Assembly (NCBI GenBank): GCA_038213805.1
Contig: JBBQSO010000091.1
Location: 1 to 19,651, forward strand
Length of the DNA stretch: 19,651 nucleotides
Direction of reading: 5' to 3'
Source of the DNA: Planctomycetota bacterium
Lineage (GTDB): Bacteria > Planctomycetota > UBA11346
The position numbers and the translations under genes are program-made. The notes beneath the pieces were generated by a model, which searched no databases, was not told the DNA's origin, and worked only from the letters and a program-made list of their open reading frames with translations. Numbering within the stretch: position 1 is the stretch's first letter; each line of letters starts with the position of its first letter. Positions 9,501 to 16,093 of this stretch are shown piece after piece.

Positions 9501-9599
9501 GTGGAGATCAAGCGTACCATCGCCGACATGCCGGTCGGCACCCCGCGCATGCTCAAGCCGCTGGTCGGCGGCATCCGCCTCGGGCGCCGTCGCCGCTGA
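6501..9599 (+). CDS. DEAD-box family RNA helicase (motif II = DDAD) with ~620 aa N-terminal extension (Rho-N-like, Arg-rich/low-complexity, GrpE-like)
   Basis: Q motif GFRALGL...GYQQPSPIQ, I AQTGTGKT, Ia PTRELARQ, Ib TPGRI, II DDAD, III SAT, IV VVFCRTK, V ATNVAARGLDI, VI HRIGRTAR. ATG 6501 is preceded by AGGA (6487-6490). Confidence 0.92.
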   Translation: MTDHPDLASLTIKDLRQLAGEHHIQNRSKLGKEDLVLALQNALAGLGSRLAAAAAASGGGETTVESAAPVQVSAAEPVAAAPAPASAAEPEVLTLGGDLAPAAEPEVLDAAAVADLASPAPDAGPRPLGPDGQPLGDGERRGRRRRRRRGRGRGRRDGDGFAPDGAPGAPGEQGHDQDEDGEGEGEDGDDQGQGEAAAPVAPAAVAPAAASQPIAKAGDDQRPAAPRPPVAGRGDGRDGQREPRGDRSPRDDREPRGDREPRGDREPRDQREPRGDREPRDQREPRGDRDLRGDREPRQGDRDPRGQNQGPETRAPRPRLDGQVRSVPSVLDRLCVFTRGILELCDPATPSWAQARLSELLAEAGLVGMPANGVPHPDFHQVVGTALAKDLPAGHIAVIEAPGFALRGDRGDLFPLRKAQVRVAGSERRDQAPGERPAFQPVAERPAAVPVSAAAPAPAPAATPAAEPVEIGLADIAAVPALVATTPTADAPGLRQDPDAPRQDDERGGRPPQGERSRHGRDRNDGRRDGRGGERRDGREPRDGREPRDAQRPRGDAQERAPERAPEGDAPVQPVERSEAPAPHPEQGRPPHYPHAPEPAGDAPTLPLAPQVPEVLAARPKAEGFRALGLNEQILADLAGIGYQQPSPIQSEAIPHVLAGRDVLGQAQTGTGKTAAFALPMLQRLYELEPREGKPAMLVLCPTRELARQVAGEFTRMAGASGARAAVIYGGVSMDDQVRALDRHPHVVIGTPGRIIDHMRRHTLDLSRLAMAVLDDADQMLDIGFWPDVNYIIGHTPPERQMLLFSATFPDEVKQMAEKHMKNPVHVRIAPKQVTVEQVDQKFIAVPRERKNELLAHFIETQNPPQLVVFCRTKHQTDRVAEVLKRKNMSAGAIHGDLPQTKREKMLQQFRAGELQCLVATNVAARGLDIPTVSHVVNYDIPEMPEEYVHRIGRTARNGARGVARTFITPDDGQFLLEIEKHIGMELEEEKVEGFTLAPEVEIKRTIADMPVGTPRMLKPLVGGIRLGRRRR
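7221..7415 (+). repeat. Coding 18-bp degenerate tandem repeat (REPRGD/REPRDQ hexapeptides) in the helicase N-terminal extension
   Basis: Translation REPRGDRSPRDDREPRGDREPRGDREPRDQREPRGDREPRDQREPRGDRDLRGDREPRQGDRDPR, with synonymous variation between units. Confidence 0.85.
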
Positions 9600-9606
9600 G
9601 GACGCC

Positions 9607-10497
9607 ATGCCCACCACCATGCGCCACTTCCTGCTGTCCCTGGCGCTGCTCACGGCGCTGCTGGCCAGCGGCTGCCGGGCCGCGAGCCGCGACACCGGCC
9701 GCCCGGCGCCGCCACCCGTCGACCATGCGGTGGTGGCTGGCGAGACCATCAGCCAGGTTGCGGAGGCCTACGGCGTGACGGTGGCCGCCATCGTCAAGGC
9801 CAACGGTCTGCGCAGCCGCAGCCTGCACGCGGGGCAGCGCCTGGTCATCCCTGGCGGACACGCGCCGGAGCCGGTGGCTCCCGCCGCGCCGGAACCCGTG
9901 GTCGCGGCCCCGGTCCAGCCCGCAGCCCCGGCCACTGATTGGTATGTCCCCCGCACCGCCTGGGCCCAGCGCGCGATCATCCTGTCGCGAACCAAGCCGA
10001 TGGGCGGCGTTCCGACGCGCATCACCGTTCATCACAGTGGCGACGTCGGCGACGCGGCGATGGCGCCGCGCCGCTGGCTGAACGAGGTCGACGACCAGCA
10101 CATGCGCGGCGTCGGCAAGGCCGAGCCCTGGGCATGCATCGGCTACCACTTCATCATCAGCGCCGACGGCCAGGTCTTCGAGGGCCGACCGCTGCCCTAC
10201 CAGGGCGCGCACGCTGGCTGGGACGAGGTCAACCGCCTGAACATCGGCATCTGCATGGTCGGCAACTTCGACGTCAGCCAGGTGCCCGGCGCGCAGCGCG
10301 AGGCGCTGCTCGCCGTGCTCGACCGCCTGTGCGAGGACTACCACATCGCGCGCAGCCAGGTCTTCGGCCACAATCACTTCAAGAGCACCGATTGCCCGGG
10401 CCGCCACCTCGTCCCGGTGATTGAGGCGTTTGCGCATCACGCGTCAGCGGCCTCGCCCAACCACGCGCTCGCCACCGTCCTGCCCGCGCAGCCCTGA
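9607..10497 (+). CDS. Lipoprotein with LysM domain and N-acetylmuramoyl-L-alanine amidase (Amidase_2/PGRP-like) domain
   Basis: Lipobox-like LLASGC. LysM HAVVAGETISQVAEAYGVTVAAIVKANGL...AGQRLVIP. Pro/Ala linker. Amidase motifs ITVHHS, IGYHF, GAHA, IGICMVGNF, GHNHF..TDCPG. GAGGA SD overlaps the helicase stop. Confidence 0.9.
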   Translation: MPTTMRHFLLSLALLTALLASGCRAASRDTGRPAPPPVDHAVVAGETISQVAEAYGVTVAAIVKANGLRSRSLHAGQRLVIPGGHAPEPVAPAAPEPVVAAPVQPAAPATDWYVPRTAWAQRAIILSRTKPMGGVPTRITVHHSGDVGDAAMAPRRWLNEVDDQHMRGVGKAEPWACIGYHFIISADGQVFEGRPLPYQGAHAGWDEVNRLNIGICMVGNFDVSQVPGAQREALLAVLDRLCEDYHIARSQVFGHNHFKSTDCPGRHLVPVIEAFAHHASAASPNHALATVLPAQP

Positions 10498-10616
10498 ATC
10501 AGCATCCGCGCGCGGCGCGCAGGGTCGCTGTCCCCGTGATTGGCGCTGGTGCAGCGGGGCATTCGGCACCTGGCCGCACAACGCTGACGCCAGTGCGATC
10601 CCCGCGTGGATGGCAG

Positions 10617-10644
10617 TTGACGACCCCGGGGTGGCTCCTAAAGT
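10617..10644 (+). promoter_or_regulatory. sigma70-type promoter of tRNA-Leu (TTGACG-N16-TAAAGT) followed by GC-rich discriminator
   Basis: TTGACG 10617-10622, TAAAGT 10639-10644, then CCCGCC; the tRNA begins 14 nt after the -10 box. Confidence 0.7.
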
Positions 10645-10658
10645 CCCGCCTCCCCCGA

Positions 10659-10742
10659 GCATGGGTGGCGGAATTGGCAGACGCACTAGCTTGAGGTGCT
10701 AGCGAGGTAACTCTCGTAGGGGTTCGAGTCCCCTCCCGTGCA
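10659..10742 (+). tRNA. tRNA-Leu (anticodon GAG), CCA not encoded
   Basis: Acceptor GCATGGG/CCCGTGC plus discriminator A, D-arm TGGCGGAATTGGCAGACGC, anticodon stem CTAGC-TTGAGGT-GCTAG, long variable arm CGAG-GTAACT-CTCG, T-arm GGGGTTCGAGTCCCC. Followed by CTA. Confidence 0.96.
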
Positions 10743-10751
10743 CTAGATCAG

Positions 10752-10789
10752 GACCCCGTAGGCCGCAGGGCTTACGGGGTCTTTCCTTT
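10752..10789 (+). terminator. Intrinsic terminator after tRNA-Leu (possibly bidirectional)
   Basis: GACCCCGTAGGCC-GCAG-GGCTTACGGGGTC hairpin followed by TTTCCTTT. Confidence 0.75.
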
Positions 10790-11260
10790 GGTGGTGGGCG
10801 CACTCGGGCGCAGCGATGCGCCGCCGGCGCCGGGCGCTGCGGCGGTACCTTCCTGACCGGGCAGGAAGCGCGCGAGGGTGCGCACCCATTCCACCAGCTT
10901 CTCGAAGGACTCCTGCTTGACCAGGTAGTCGCTGATGCCCCACGAGCGGCACGCGGCGCGGTCGCTCTCCAGCTGCGAGCCGGTCAGGACCACCACCGGC
11001 ACCTCGCGCAGTCCGTAAGCCTTGCGGATCGCCTCCAGCAGTGCGTGCCCCTGCAGCCCGGGCAGGCCCAGGTCGAGGACGATCAGCGCCGGCTGCGGCA
11101 GGTTGGCGAACCGACCCAACCGGTTGATGCGCATCACCGCCTGCGAGGCATCGGCCGCGTGTACCACCGTGGCGCGCAGGCCGCTGGCGGCCACCGCGGC
11201 GCTGAACAAGTCGCGGTCATCCACGCGGTCCTCGATCATGAGGATTTCAGGAATTGCCAT
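10772..11260 (-). CDS. Single-domain response regulator (receiver; Rcp1/CheY-like)
   Basis: ILMIEDRVDD acidic pocket, LIVLDLGLPG phospho-Asp, VVVLTGS, YLVK. The ATG at 11260 gives a typical receiver start. The C-terminal tail is low complexity and its stop lies in the tRNA terminator stem. Confidence 0.88.
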   Translation of the reverse strand: MAIPEILMIEDRVDDRDLFSAAVAASGLRATVVHAADASQAVMRINRLGRFANLPQPALIVLDLGLPGLQGHALLEAIRKAYGLREVPVVVLTGSQLESDRAACRSWGISDYLVKQESFEKLVEWVRTLARFLPGQEGTAAAPGAGGASLRPSAPTTKGKTP

Positions 11261-11346
11261 GGCGTGTCCGGTTGGAGGGGGCTGGGATCCCATGGATAGG
11301 GGATGGCCGTCCGGCGTCCAGCGCCGCATGAACGAGGCAGCGATCC

Positions 11347-11988
11347 TCAATCACGCCAATCCGGTTTCAGCCGCGTGCCAGCGATGCGGTCGGCGATCTG
11401 CTCGGCGAGAAGCTCAAGCAGGATCTCATGCTCGGGTGGCAGGACCAGCCTGCCGGGGTGCGAGCCCAGTCCGGTCGCCGATCCTGCGATGCTGTCCATA
11501 GCGCCGTCTTCCCGATGCGTGGTGCTGGTCACCGTGAGCGGGAGCTGCTGCTCGCCGATGACCACGGTGGCGGTCAGGGTGCGGGCAAATGAGGCGCCGG
11601 CCCAGAAGCCGCCTTCGTCGGTGCGCAGCTGATCCTGCAACAGGGTGACCCGGATGACCGGGCCCCCAGCGCTGAAATGCACCTGCTCGTGGTGGCGCAC
11701 GCCCAGGCGCCGGTTGATGCCCGCCTTCAGTAACCGCGCCATGACCGGGGCATCGCTCTTGAAGAGGTCGTGGGGATTCTCGACCACGACGTCACCCTCG
11801 GGAAAGGGGCTGCGCGCGGAACATCCGATGCAGCACAGCAGGGTGCAGGCCGCCAGCGCCACGGCGGTCAGGCGGCGGGGGCCGGGTGCGGCGGCAGGGC
11901 CCAATGCGGCGTTGCGGCCCCGCCGGTCACGCAGCTCGTCGATGCGGATGCGACGGCTCGGCATGCCGGTCCAGCATCGGTCAACCAT
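11347..11988 (-). CDS. Hypothetical protein, probable lipoprotein/exported protein
   Basis: Basic region followed by hydrophobic RRLTAVALAACTLLCCIGC (lipobox-like IGC), then a globular-looking region. Packed between co-oriented genes. Start uncertain (11988, 11964 or later). Confidence 0.55.
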   Translation of the reverse strand: MVDRCWTGMPSRRIRIDELRDRRGRNAALGPAAAPGPRRLTAVALAACTLLCCIGCSARSPFPEGDVVVENPHDLFKSDAPVMARLLKAGINRRLGVRHHEQVHFSAGGPVIRVTLLQDQLRTDEGGFWAGASFARTLTATVVIGEQQLPLTVTSTTHREDGAMDSIAGSATGLGSHPGRLVLPPEHEILLELLAEQIADRIAGTRLKPDWRD

Positions 11989-11992
11989 GCGC

Positions 11993-12541
11993 TCAGCCAA
12001 GCTTCTTGTCGCCAGCGGCCGGACAGGCCGGGAGTACCGGCTCAGCCATCGCATTGCGGCTCCGCCCCGGTCCCCAGCCGAACAGCGCCTGGAACAGCGG
12101 CATCAGCGGATGATCCGCGACGCAGGCCAGGAAATAGAGCTCGTGCTCTTTCTCGACCCGCGCCATCTCAAGGATGCAGGGCTGCTCGTCCGCGAGCGCG
12201 GTGCCGCGCGTCAGCTCGATCAGCAGCAGGTACTCGTTGACGTTGCCGCTCTCCAGGCGGCCGGCGAAGTACATGGGGATGAAGCGGCCAAGCACGTGGC
12301 ACGACAGCGAAATCACCCGACCGATGCAGGCGTACTGCCATTCGTGCCAGCGCGATGGCGCCACGCCGCGGCGGGTGAGCAGGCGTGCGATGCTGGCGCG
12401 GTGCGCCCACTCCTCGCGCTCGATGCGGGCGATATGCGCACGCTCGGCAGGATCGCGCACCGAGGCCGCGTGGCCCTGATACGCGAAGGCGGCGGCGCGT
12501 TCCGCGCTGTGAGCGAGGCGCAGCAGCTCGTCCAGGGTCAT
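11993..12541 (-). CDS. Ferritin-like diiron-carboxylate protein (rubrerythrin/COQ7-like fold)
   Basis: Pattern E...ExxH...E...ExxH: HSAERAAAFAY, EREEWAH, RLESGNVNEY, VEKEHE. GGAGG SD upstream of ATG 12541. Confidence 0.8.
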   Translation of the reverse strand: MTLDELLRLAHSAERAAAFAYQGHAASVRDPAERAHIARIEREEWAHRASIARLLTRRGVAPSRWHEWQYACIGRVISLSCHVLGRFIPMYFAGRLESGNVNEYLLLIELTRGTALADEQPCILEMARVEKEHELYFLACVADHPLMPLFQALFGWGPGRSRNAMAEPVLPACPAAGDKKLG

Positions 12542-12853
12542 GGGTGGCCTCCGCAGGGTTTGCGAGCTCACATTCGGTGGTGCTGGGGGTGACCTGTGCA
12601 CGTGTGCCGTGGAGCATGCGCAGCGCTGGCGCCTAGCATCGCCACGCCGTGGTCTCCGCCAAGCTCGGCTGGGAGGAATGCCTGCTGCATGCACCGCCGG
12701 CATGCCCTCCAGACTCGGCTGACGGTGGCAGGGCGATCCGCGACAAACAATCAGCGGCGGCAGCTGGGGTCGACTCGCGGGGCGGATCGCGCTGCCACGC
12801 CAGTCATGGGACCTGTCGGTCAGAGGGCTGCGCGAGCCATGAGATCAGCCCAC

Positions 12854-12888
12854 AAAAAACCCCGTAAGATTTTACTCTTACGGGGTTT
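12854..12888 (-). terminator. Intrinsic terminator after tRNA-Glu
   Basis: 13-bp perfect stem AAACCCCGTAAGA (12857-12869) / TCTTACGGGGTTT (12876-12888), 6-nt loop, with a U-tract on the minus strand (A6 at 12854-12859 on plus). Confidence 0.85.
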
Positions 12889-12892
12889 ATAT

Positions 12893-12968
12893 TGGTACTC
12901 CCGAGGGGAGTCGAACCCCTGTTCACTGGCTGAGAACCAGTTGTCCTGGGCCACTAGACGACGGGAGC
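12893..12968 (-). tRNA. tRNA-Glu (anticodon CTC), CCA encoded
   Basis: Reverse complement GCTCCCGTCGTCTAGTGGCCCAGGACAACTGGTTCTCAGCCAGTGAACAGGGGTTCGACTCCCCTCGGGAGTACCA, 76 nt. Anticodon stem ACTGG-TTCTCAG-CCAGT. Confidence 0.96.
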
Positions 12969-12995
12969 CCGTGTTCTGATCAGGACAGGGTGCGG

Positions 12996-13022
12996 ATCCT
13001 GCGGGGTAATCGATTTTGTCAA
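12996..13022 (-). promoter_or_regulatory. Candidate promoter of tRNA-Glu (TTGACA-N15-CAGGAT)
   Basis: Perfect TTGACA (13022-13017) overlapping the antiporter stop codon. Weak -10 at 13001-12996, followed by a GC-rich stretch. Confidence 0.4.
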
Positions 13023-14656
13023 CGTATCGTCGCCCGGGCCTTGCTGCCCGAAGTTGTCCCGATCGCCCCGCGGCGGCCCAGGGCCAGGTCGAGCATGGGC
13101 AGCAGCGCGCGGCTGGTCTCGCGCTCGTCGCAGATCACGAACTGCGCGCCGGCGCTGGTCAGCAGATCGATCTGCGCTTCGTAGGGACTGCGCGCGATGA
13201 TCATCAGGGCGGGGTCGAGGCTGCGCAGACGGCGGGTGACCAGGGCCGAGGCGTCGGCGATCGGGAAGGTCAGCACCACCAGGCTGGGACGGTGGCCGAT
13301 CACCGGCAGCCAGTCTTCCATGTCCTCGATGCGGCCCTTGTGGCAGCGCACGCCGGGGGCATCGCTCCAGGTCTTGAGCAGACGTTCGTTGCGATCGACC
13401 AGCAGCAGCGGGTGGCCCTGCGAACGCAAAGTCTCGACCACCGTGTTGCCGACCGGGCCAAGGCCGGCGACGACGATGGTCGCGCCGGGCGTGGTGAACT
13501 GGTCGAGGCTGGTACGCGGTAGGAAGGGCAGCGCGAGGCGCATCAGCAGCGGCGTGAGCGCGAGGCTGACGCAGGTGACCGCGACCACCAGCTGGTAGAG
13601 GTGCGCGACCTGCGGGTCGGCGATGCCGCCCAGCGCGCCGGCGGCGAGCACGAAGCTGAACTCGCCGATCGGCGCCAGCGCCAAGCCGTAGCCGATCGCC
13701 GGCCTGGCCGCCATGCCGGTCAGGCGCAGGGCGAGGGCGGCGATCGGGGCCTTCAGTACCAGCGCGGCGAGCACGCCGGCGGCGACCTCACCGGGATGCG
13801 CGGCGACGAAGCCCGGGTCGAACAGGGTGCCCATGGCGACGAAGAACAGGATTGCGGTCAGGCCCTGCAGGGGGCGCACGCTCGACTCGACGGTGTGGCG
13901 ATTCTCCTCGCCGCCGAAGGCCAGGCCGGCACAGAACGCGCCGGCGGCGCCGCCCATGCCACAGGCCTCGGCGAGAGTCGCGGCGCCGAGCGCGACGGTG
14001 ACCGCGAAGGCGACCTCAAGCTCGGGCAGCTGCGCGCCGCGGATGCGCCGGAACACCAGTGACGCCATCGCATAGCGCATGCCGATGGTGAGCGCGACCG
14101 CGGCCACCAGGCCGCAGCCGACCAGCCACGGCGGGTGCTGTGCGGCGCCCGGCAACAGCAGGGCGAGCAACACCATGAATGGACCGAGCGCGATGTCCTG
14201 CATCAGGCTCATGCTCAGCGCGAGCTGGGCCTCGTCGCGGTTGCGCAGCTTCCGTTCATCGAGAGTGCGCAGCATCATCACGGTCGAAGTCATGGTCAGG
14301 CAGGCGCCGACCGCCACCGCCTGCGCAAGCGGCAGGCCGATGAGCATGGCCACAGCGGTGCCGGCGCCCAGGGTCAGGCCGATCTGCGCGCCCGAGGCGA
14401 TCAGCACCTGGCGCAGGTGGCGGCGCAGATCGGAGAGGTCGAGCTCGAGACCGAGCGCGAACAGCAGCATCGCCGCGCCGATGCTGGCGAGGTGGTCGAG
14501 CACTTCGCCGCCGACGACGCCGAAGGCGTGCGGACCGAGCGCCGCGCCGGTCGCCAGGTAGGCGATCAGCGCGCTGACGCCCAGGCGCTGGAACACCAGC
14601 ACCGCCGGCAGCCCGACCGCGAACAGCACCAGCACGGCTTCGAGCCCGGTGAACAT
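13019..14656 (-). CDS. Monovalent cation:proton antiporter-2 (CPA2; KefB/KefC/YbaL-like) with C-terminal TrkA-N/RCK domain
   Basis: Many TM helices with family-like segments LFALGLELD, MTSTVMM, MQDI, LFFVAMG, IGEFSFVL. C-terminal Rossmann-like IVVAGLGPVG...LLLVDRN and IIARS. Confidence 0.9.
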   Translation of the reverse strand: MFTGLEAVLVLFAVGLPAVLVFQRLGVSALIAYLATGAALGPHAFGVVGGEVLDHLASIGAAMLLFALGLELDLSDLRRHLRQVLIASGAQIGLTLGAGTAVAMLIGLPLAQAVAVGACLTMTSTVMMLRTLDERKLRNRDEAQLALSMSLMQDIALGPFMVLLALLLPGAAQHPPWLVGCGLVAAVALTIGMRYAMASLVFRRIRGAQLPELEVAFAVTVALGAATLAEACGMGGAAGAFCAGLAFGGEENRHTVESSVRPLQGLTAILFFVAMGTLFDPGFVAAHPGEVAAGVLAALVLKAPIAALALRLTGMAARPAIGYGLALAPIGEFSFVLAAGALGGIADPQVAHLYQLVVAVTCVSLALTPLLMRLALPFLPRTSLDQFTTPGATIVVAGLGPVGNTVVETLRSQGHPLLLVDRNERLLKTWSDAPGVRCHKGRIEDMEDWLPVIGHRPSLVVLTFPIADASALVTRRLRSLDPALMIIARSPYEAQIDLLTSAGAQFVICDERETSRALLPMLDLALGRRGAIGTTSGSKARATIR

Positions 14657-14768
14657 GACCTGGGGTGTAGGTCGGGGATGCGGGATGGCAAATGGGTTGA
14701 AAGGGATGTGCTACGGGTTGCCCGGCTGCCCTCCTGGTCCGCTGGAGCGGGACTGCTACGGTGCAGCC

Positions 14769-15614
14769 ATGACGCTGCCGACCCTGATGTCCCTGCTCAC
14801 GCGCAGCGCGGAGTTCCTGCTGTCCAAGGGCATCAGCAACGGCCGGCGCGAGGCCGAGTGGATCTTCGCCGAAAGCCTGGAGCTGACGCGGCTCGACCTG
14901 TACACGCGCTTCGACATGCCACTGGAGGACGACCAGGTCGCGCGCCTGCGGGGGCTGGTGACACGGCGCGGCAAACGTGAGCCGCTCGCCTACGTGCTCG
15001 GCACCCAGGAATTCCACGGGCTGCGCCTGCGGGTCGGGCCCGGCGTGCTGGTGCCGCGGCCAGAGACCGAGGAGCTGGTCGACCACGTCGTGAAGGCGCT
15101 GCCGACCACGGCGGTGCGCGTGCTCGATATTGGCACCGGCTCCGGTGCGATCGCCCTGGCCGTGAAGCGGGCGCGGGGCGATTGCACGGTCGAGGCGGTC
15201 GACGTCAGCGCCGAGGCCCTGACCATTGCGCGCGCCAACGCTGCGACCCTGGAGCTCGAGGTCGCCTTCCGCCAGGCGCACCTCAGCACGGGCGCGGTCG
15301 GCCCGTATGCCGCGGTGGTCGCCAACCTGCCTTACATCGGCAGCGACGAGCGCGGCGATTGCGATCCCGAGCTGGCCTTCGAGCCGGCCCAGGCGCTGTT
15401 CTCTGGTCAGGACGGCCTGCCCCTGATCGCCGAGCTGATCGCCGCCGCGCCCCCGCTGCTCGGTCCGGGCGGCCTGCTGTGGCTTGAACACGGCTGGAAG
15501 CAGGGGGCCGCGATCATGGCGCTGTGCGCGCCCTTGCGGCTGGACTGCGCCATAATCCCCGACCTCGCCGGCCGCGAGCGTTTCGCGCGCATCAGCGTGA
15601 GCGCCGCGCCATGA
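14769..15614 (+). CDS. prmC: Release factor glutamine N5-methyltransferase (PrmC/HemK)
   Basis: RRGKREPLAYVLG, VLVPRPETEELV, SAM-binding LDIGTGSGAIAL, NLPY (NPPY-type), FEP..AL..G.DGL, LEHG, DLAGRER. Confidence 0.93.
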   Translation: MTLPTLMSLLTRSAEFLLSKGISNGRREAEWIFAESLELTRLDLYTRFDMPLEDDQVARLRGLVTRRGKREPLAYVLGTQEFHGLRLRVGPGVLVPRPETEELVDHVVKALPTTAVRVLDIGTGSGAIALAVKRARGDCTVEAVDVSAEALTIARANAATLELEVAFRQAHLSTGAVGPYAAVVANLPYIGSDERGDCDPELAFEPAQALFSGQDGLPLIAELIAAAPPLLGPGGLLWLEHGWKQGAAIMALCAPLRLDCAIIPDLAGRERFARISVSAAP

Positions 15615-15916
15615 CCCCCGCCACTGCGCAGGCCGTTGCCGCGTGCCTGGTGCTCGCCGCCCTCGCCGCCAGCGCCGCGCTGCGTCCGGTGCGCAGCGCG
15701 GCGCCCCCCGCCCCGCTCGCCTGCGCCAGCGCCGAACCATGGATGGCCGACTGCCTGCCAGGCGTCGGAGCCAAGACCCGCGAGCGCGCCGCCGCCGCCC
15801 TGCGCGCAGGAAGGATCGCCGCGCTGCCGGCGCGCGCCCAGGCCACCGCGCGCGACTGGTTCTGGGAGAAGGGTCCGGAAGTCCGGAAGTCCGGAGGTCC
15901 GGAAGTCTCCCGGTGA
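15611..15916 (+). CDS. Small membrane-anchored/exported helix-hairpin-helix protein (ComEA-like, minimal)
   Basis: ATGA overlap with the prmC stop, N-terminal hydrophobic helix, HhH-like CLPGVGAKTRERA. Upstream of the prepilin peptidase gene. Confidence 0.55.
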   Translation: MTPATAQAVAACLVLAALAASAALRPVRSAAPPAPLACASAEPWMADCLPGVGAKTRERAAAALRAGRIAALPARAQATARDWFWEKGPEVRKSGGPEVSR

Positions 15917-16045
15917 TGACGGCGAATCCGGGCCAGAACGTGTGCCGGAGCTGCGTGGAAATTGGTGGCCACCCAGTGGGCCGCTCGCGAAACTTTGCGG
16001 ATTCGCAATAGACCCACCTCACACGAGACTTCCGGACTTCCGGAC
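15872..16045. repeat. Intergenic element A2 with inverted (GTCCGGAA)n ends
   Basis: Left: four octamers (one GTCCGGAG variant) 15873-15904 plus GTCTC. Right: GAGAC(TTCCGGAC)2 at 16025-16045, whose reverse complement is identical to A1 positions 3321-3341 (21/21). Confidence 0.85.
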
Positions 16046-16093
16046 TGCTCCCCCATTGCCCCCCACCATCCCGTCGCGACAACCACTCTCAGC

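Noticed and set aside
10743..10745. tRNA-Leu as a pseudogene because CTA replaces CCA
   Set aside because: The cloverleaf, promoter and terminator are intact, and many bacteria add CCA post-transcriptionally.
12542..12853. Hidden gene or ncRNA in the 310-bp gap before the ferritin-like gene
   Set aside because: The short ORFs lack motifs or SD support and I recognise no RNA family. An Rfam scan would be needed to say more.
10743..12892. Integrated mobile island between the tRNAs
   Set aside because: No integrase or transposase, and no duplicated tRNA 3' end. The similarity between the two tRNA T-arms is ordinary tRNA conservation.
15324..15335. PrmC NLPY instead of NPPY as an inactivating change
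   Set aside because: NLPY is a tolerated variant in HemK-family proteins, and all other motifs are intact.
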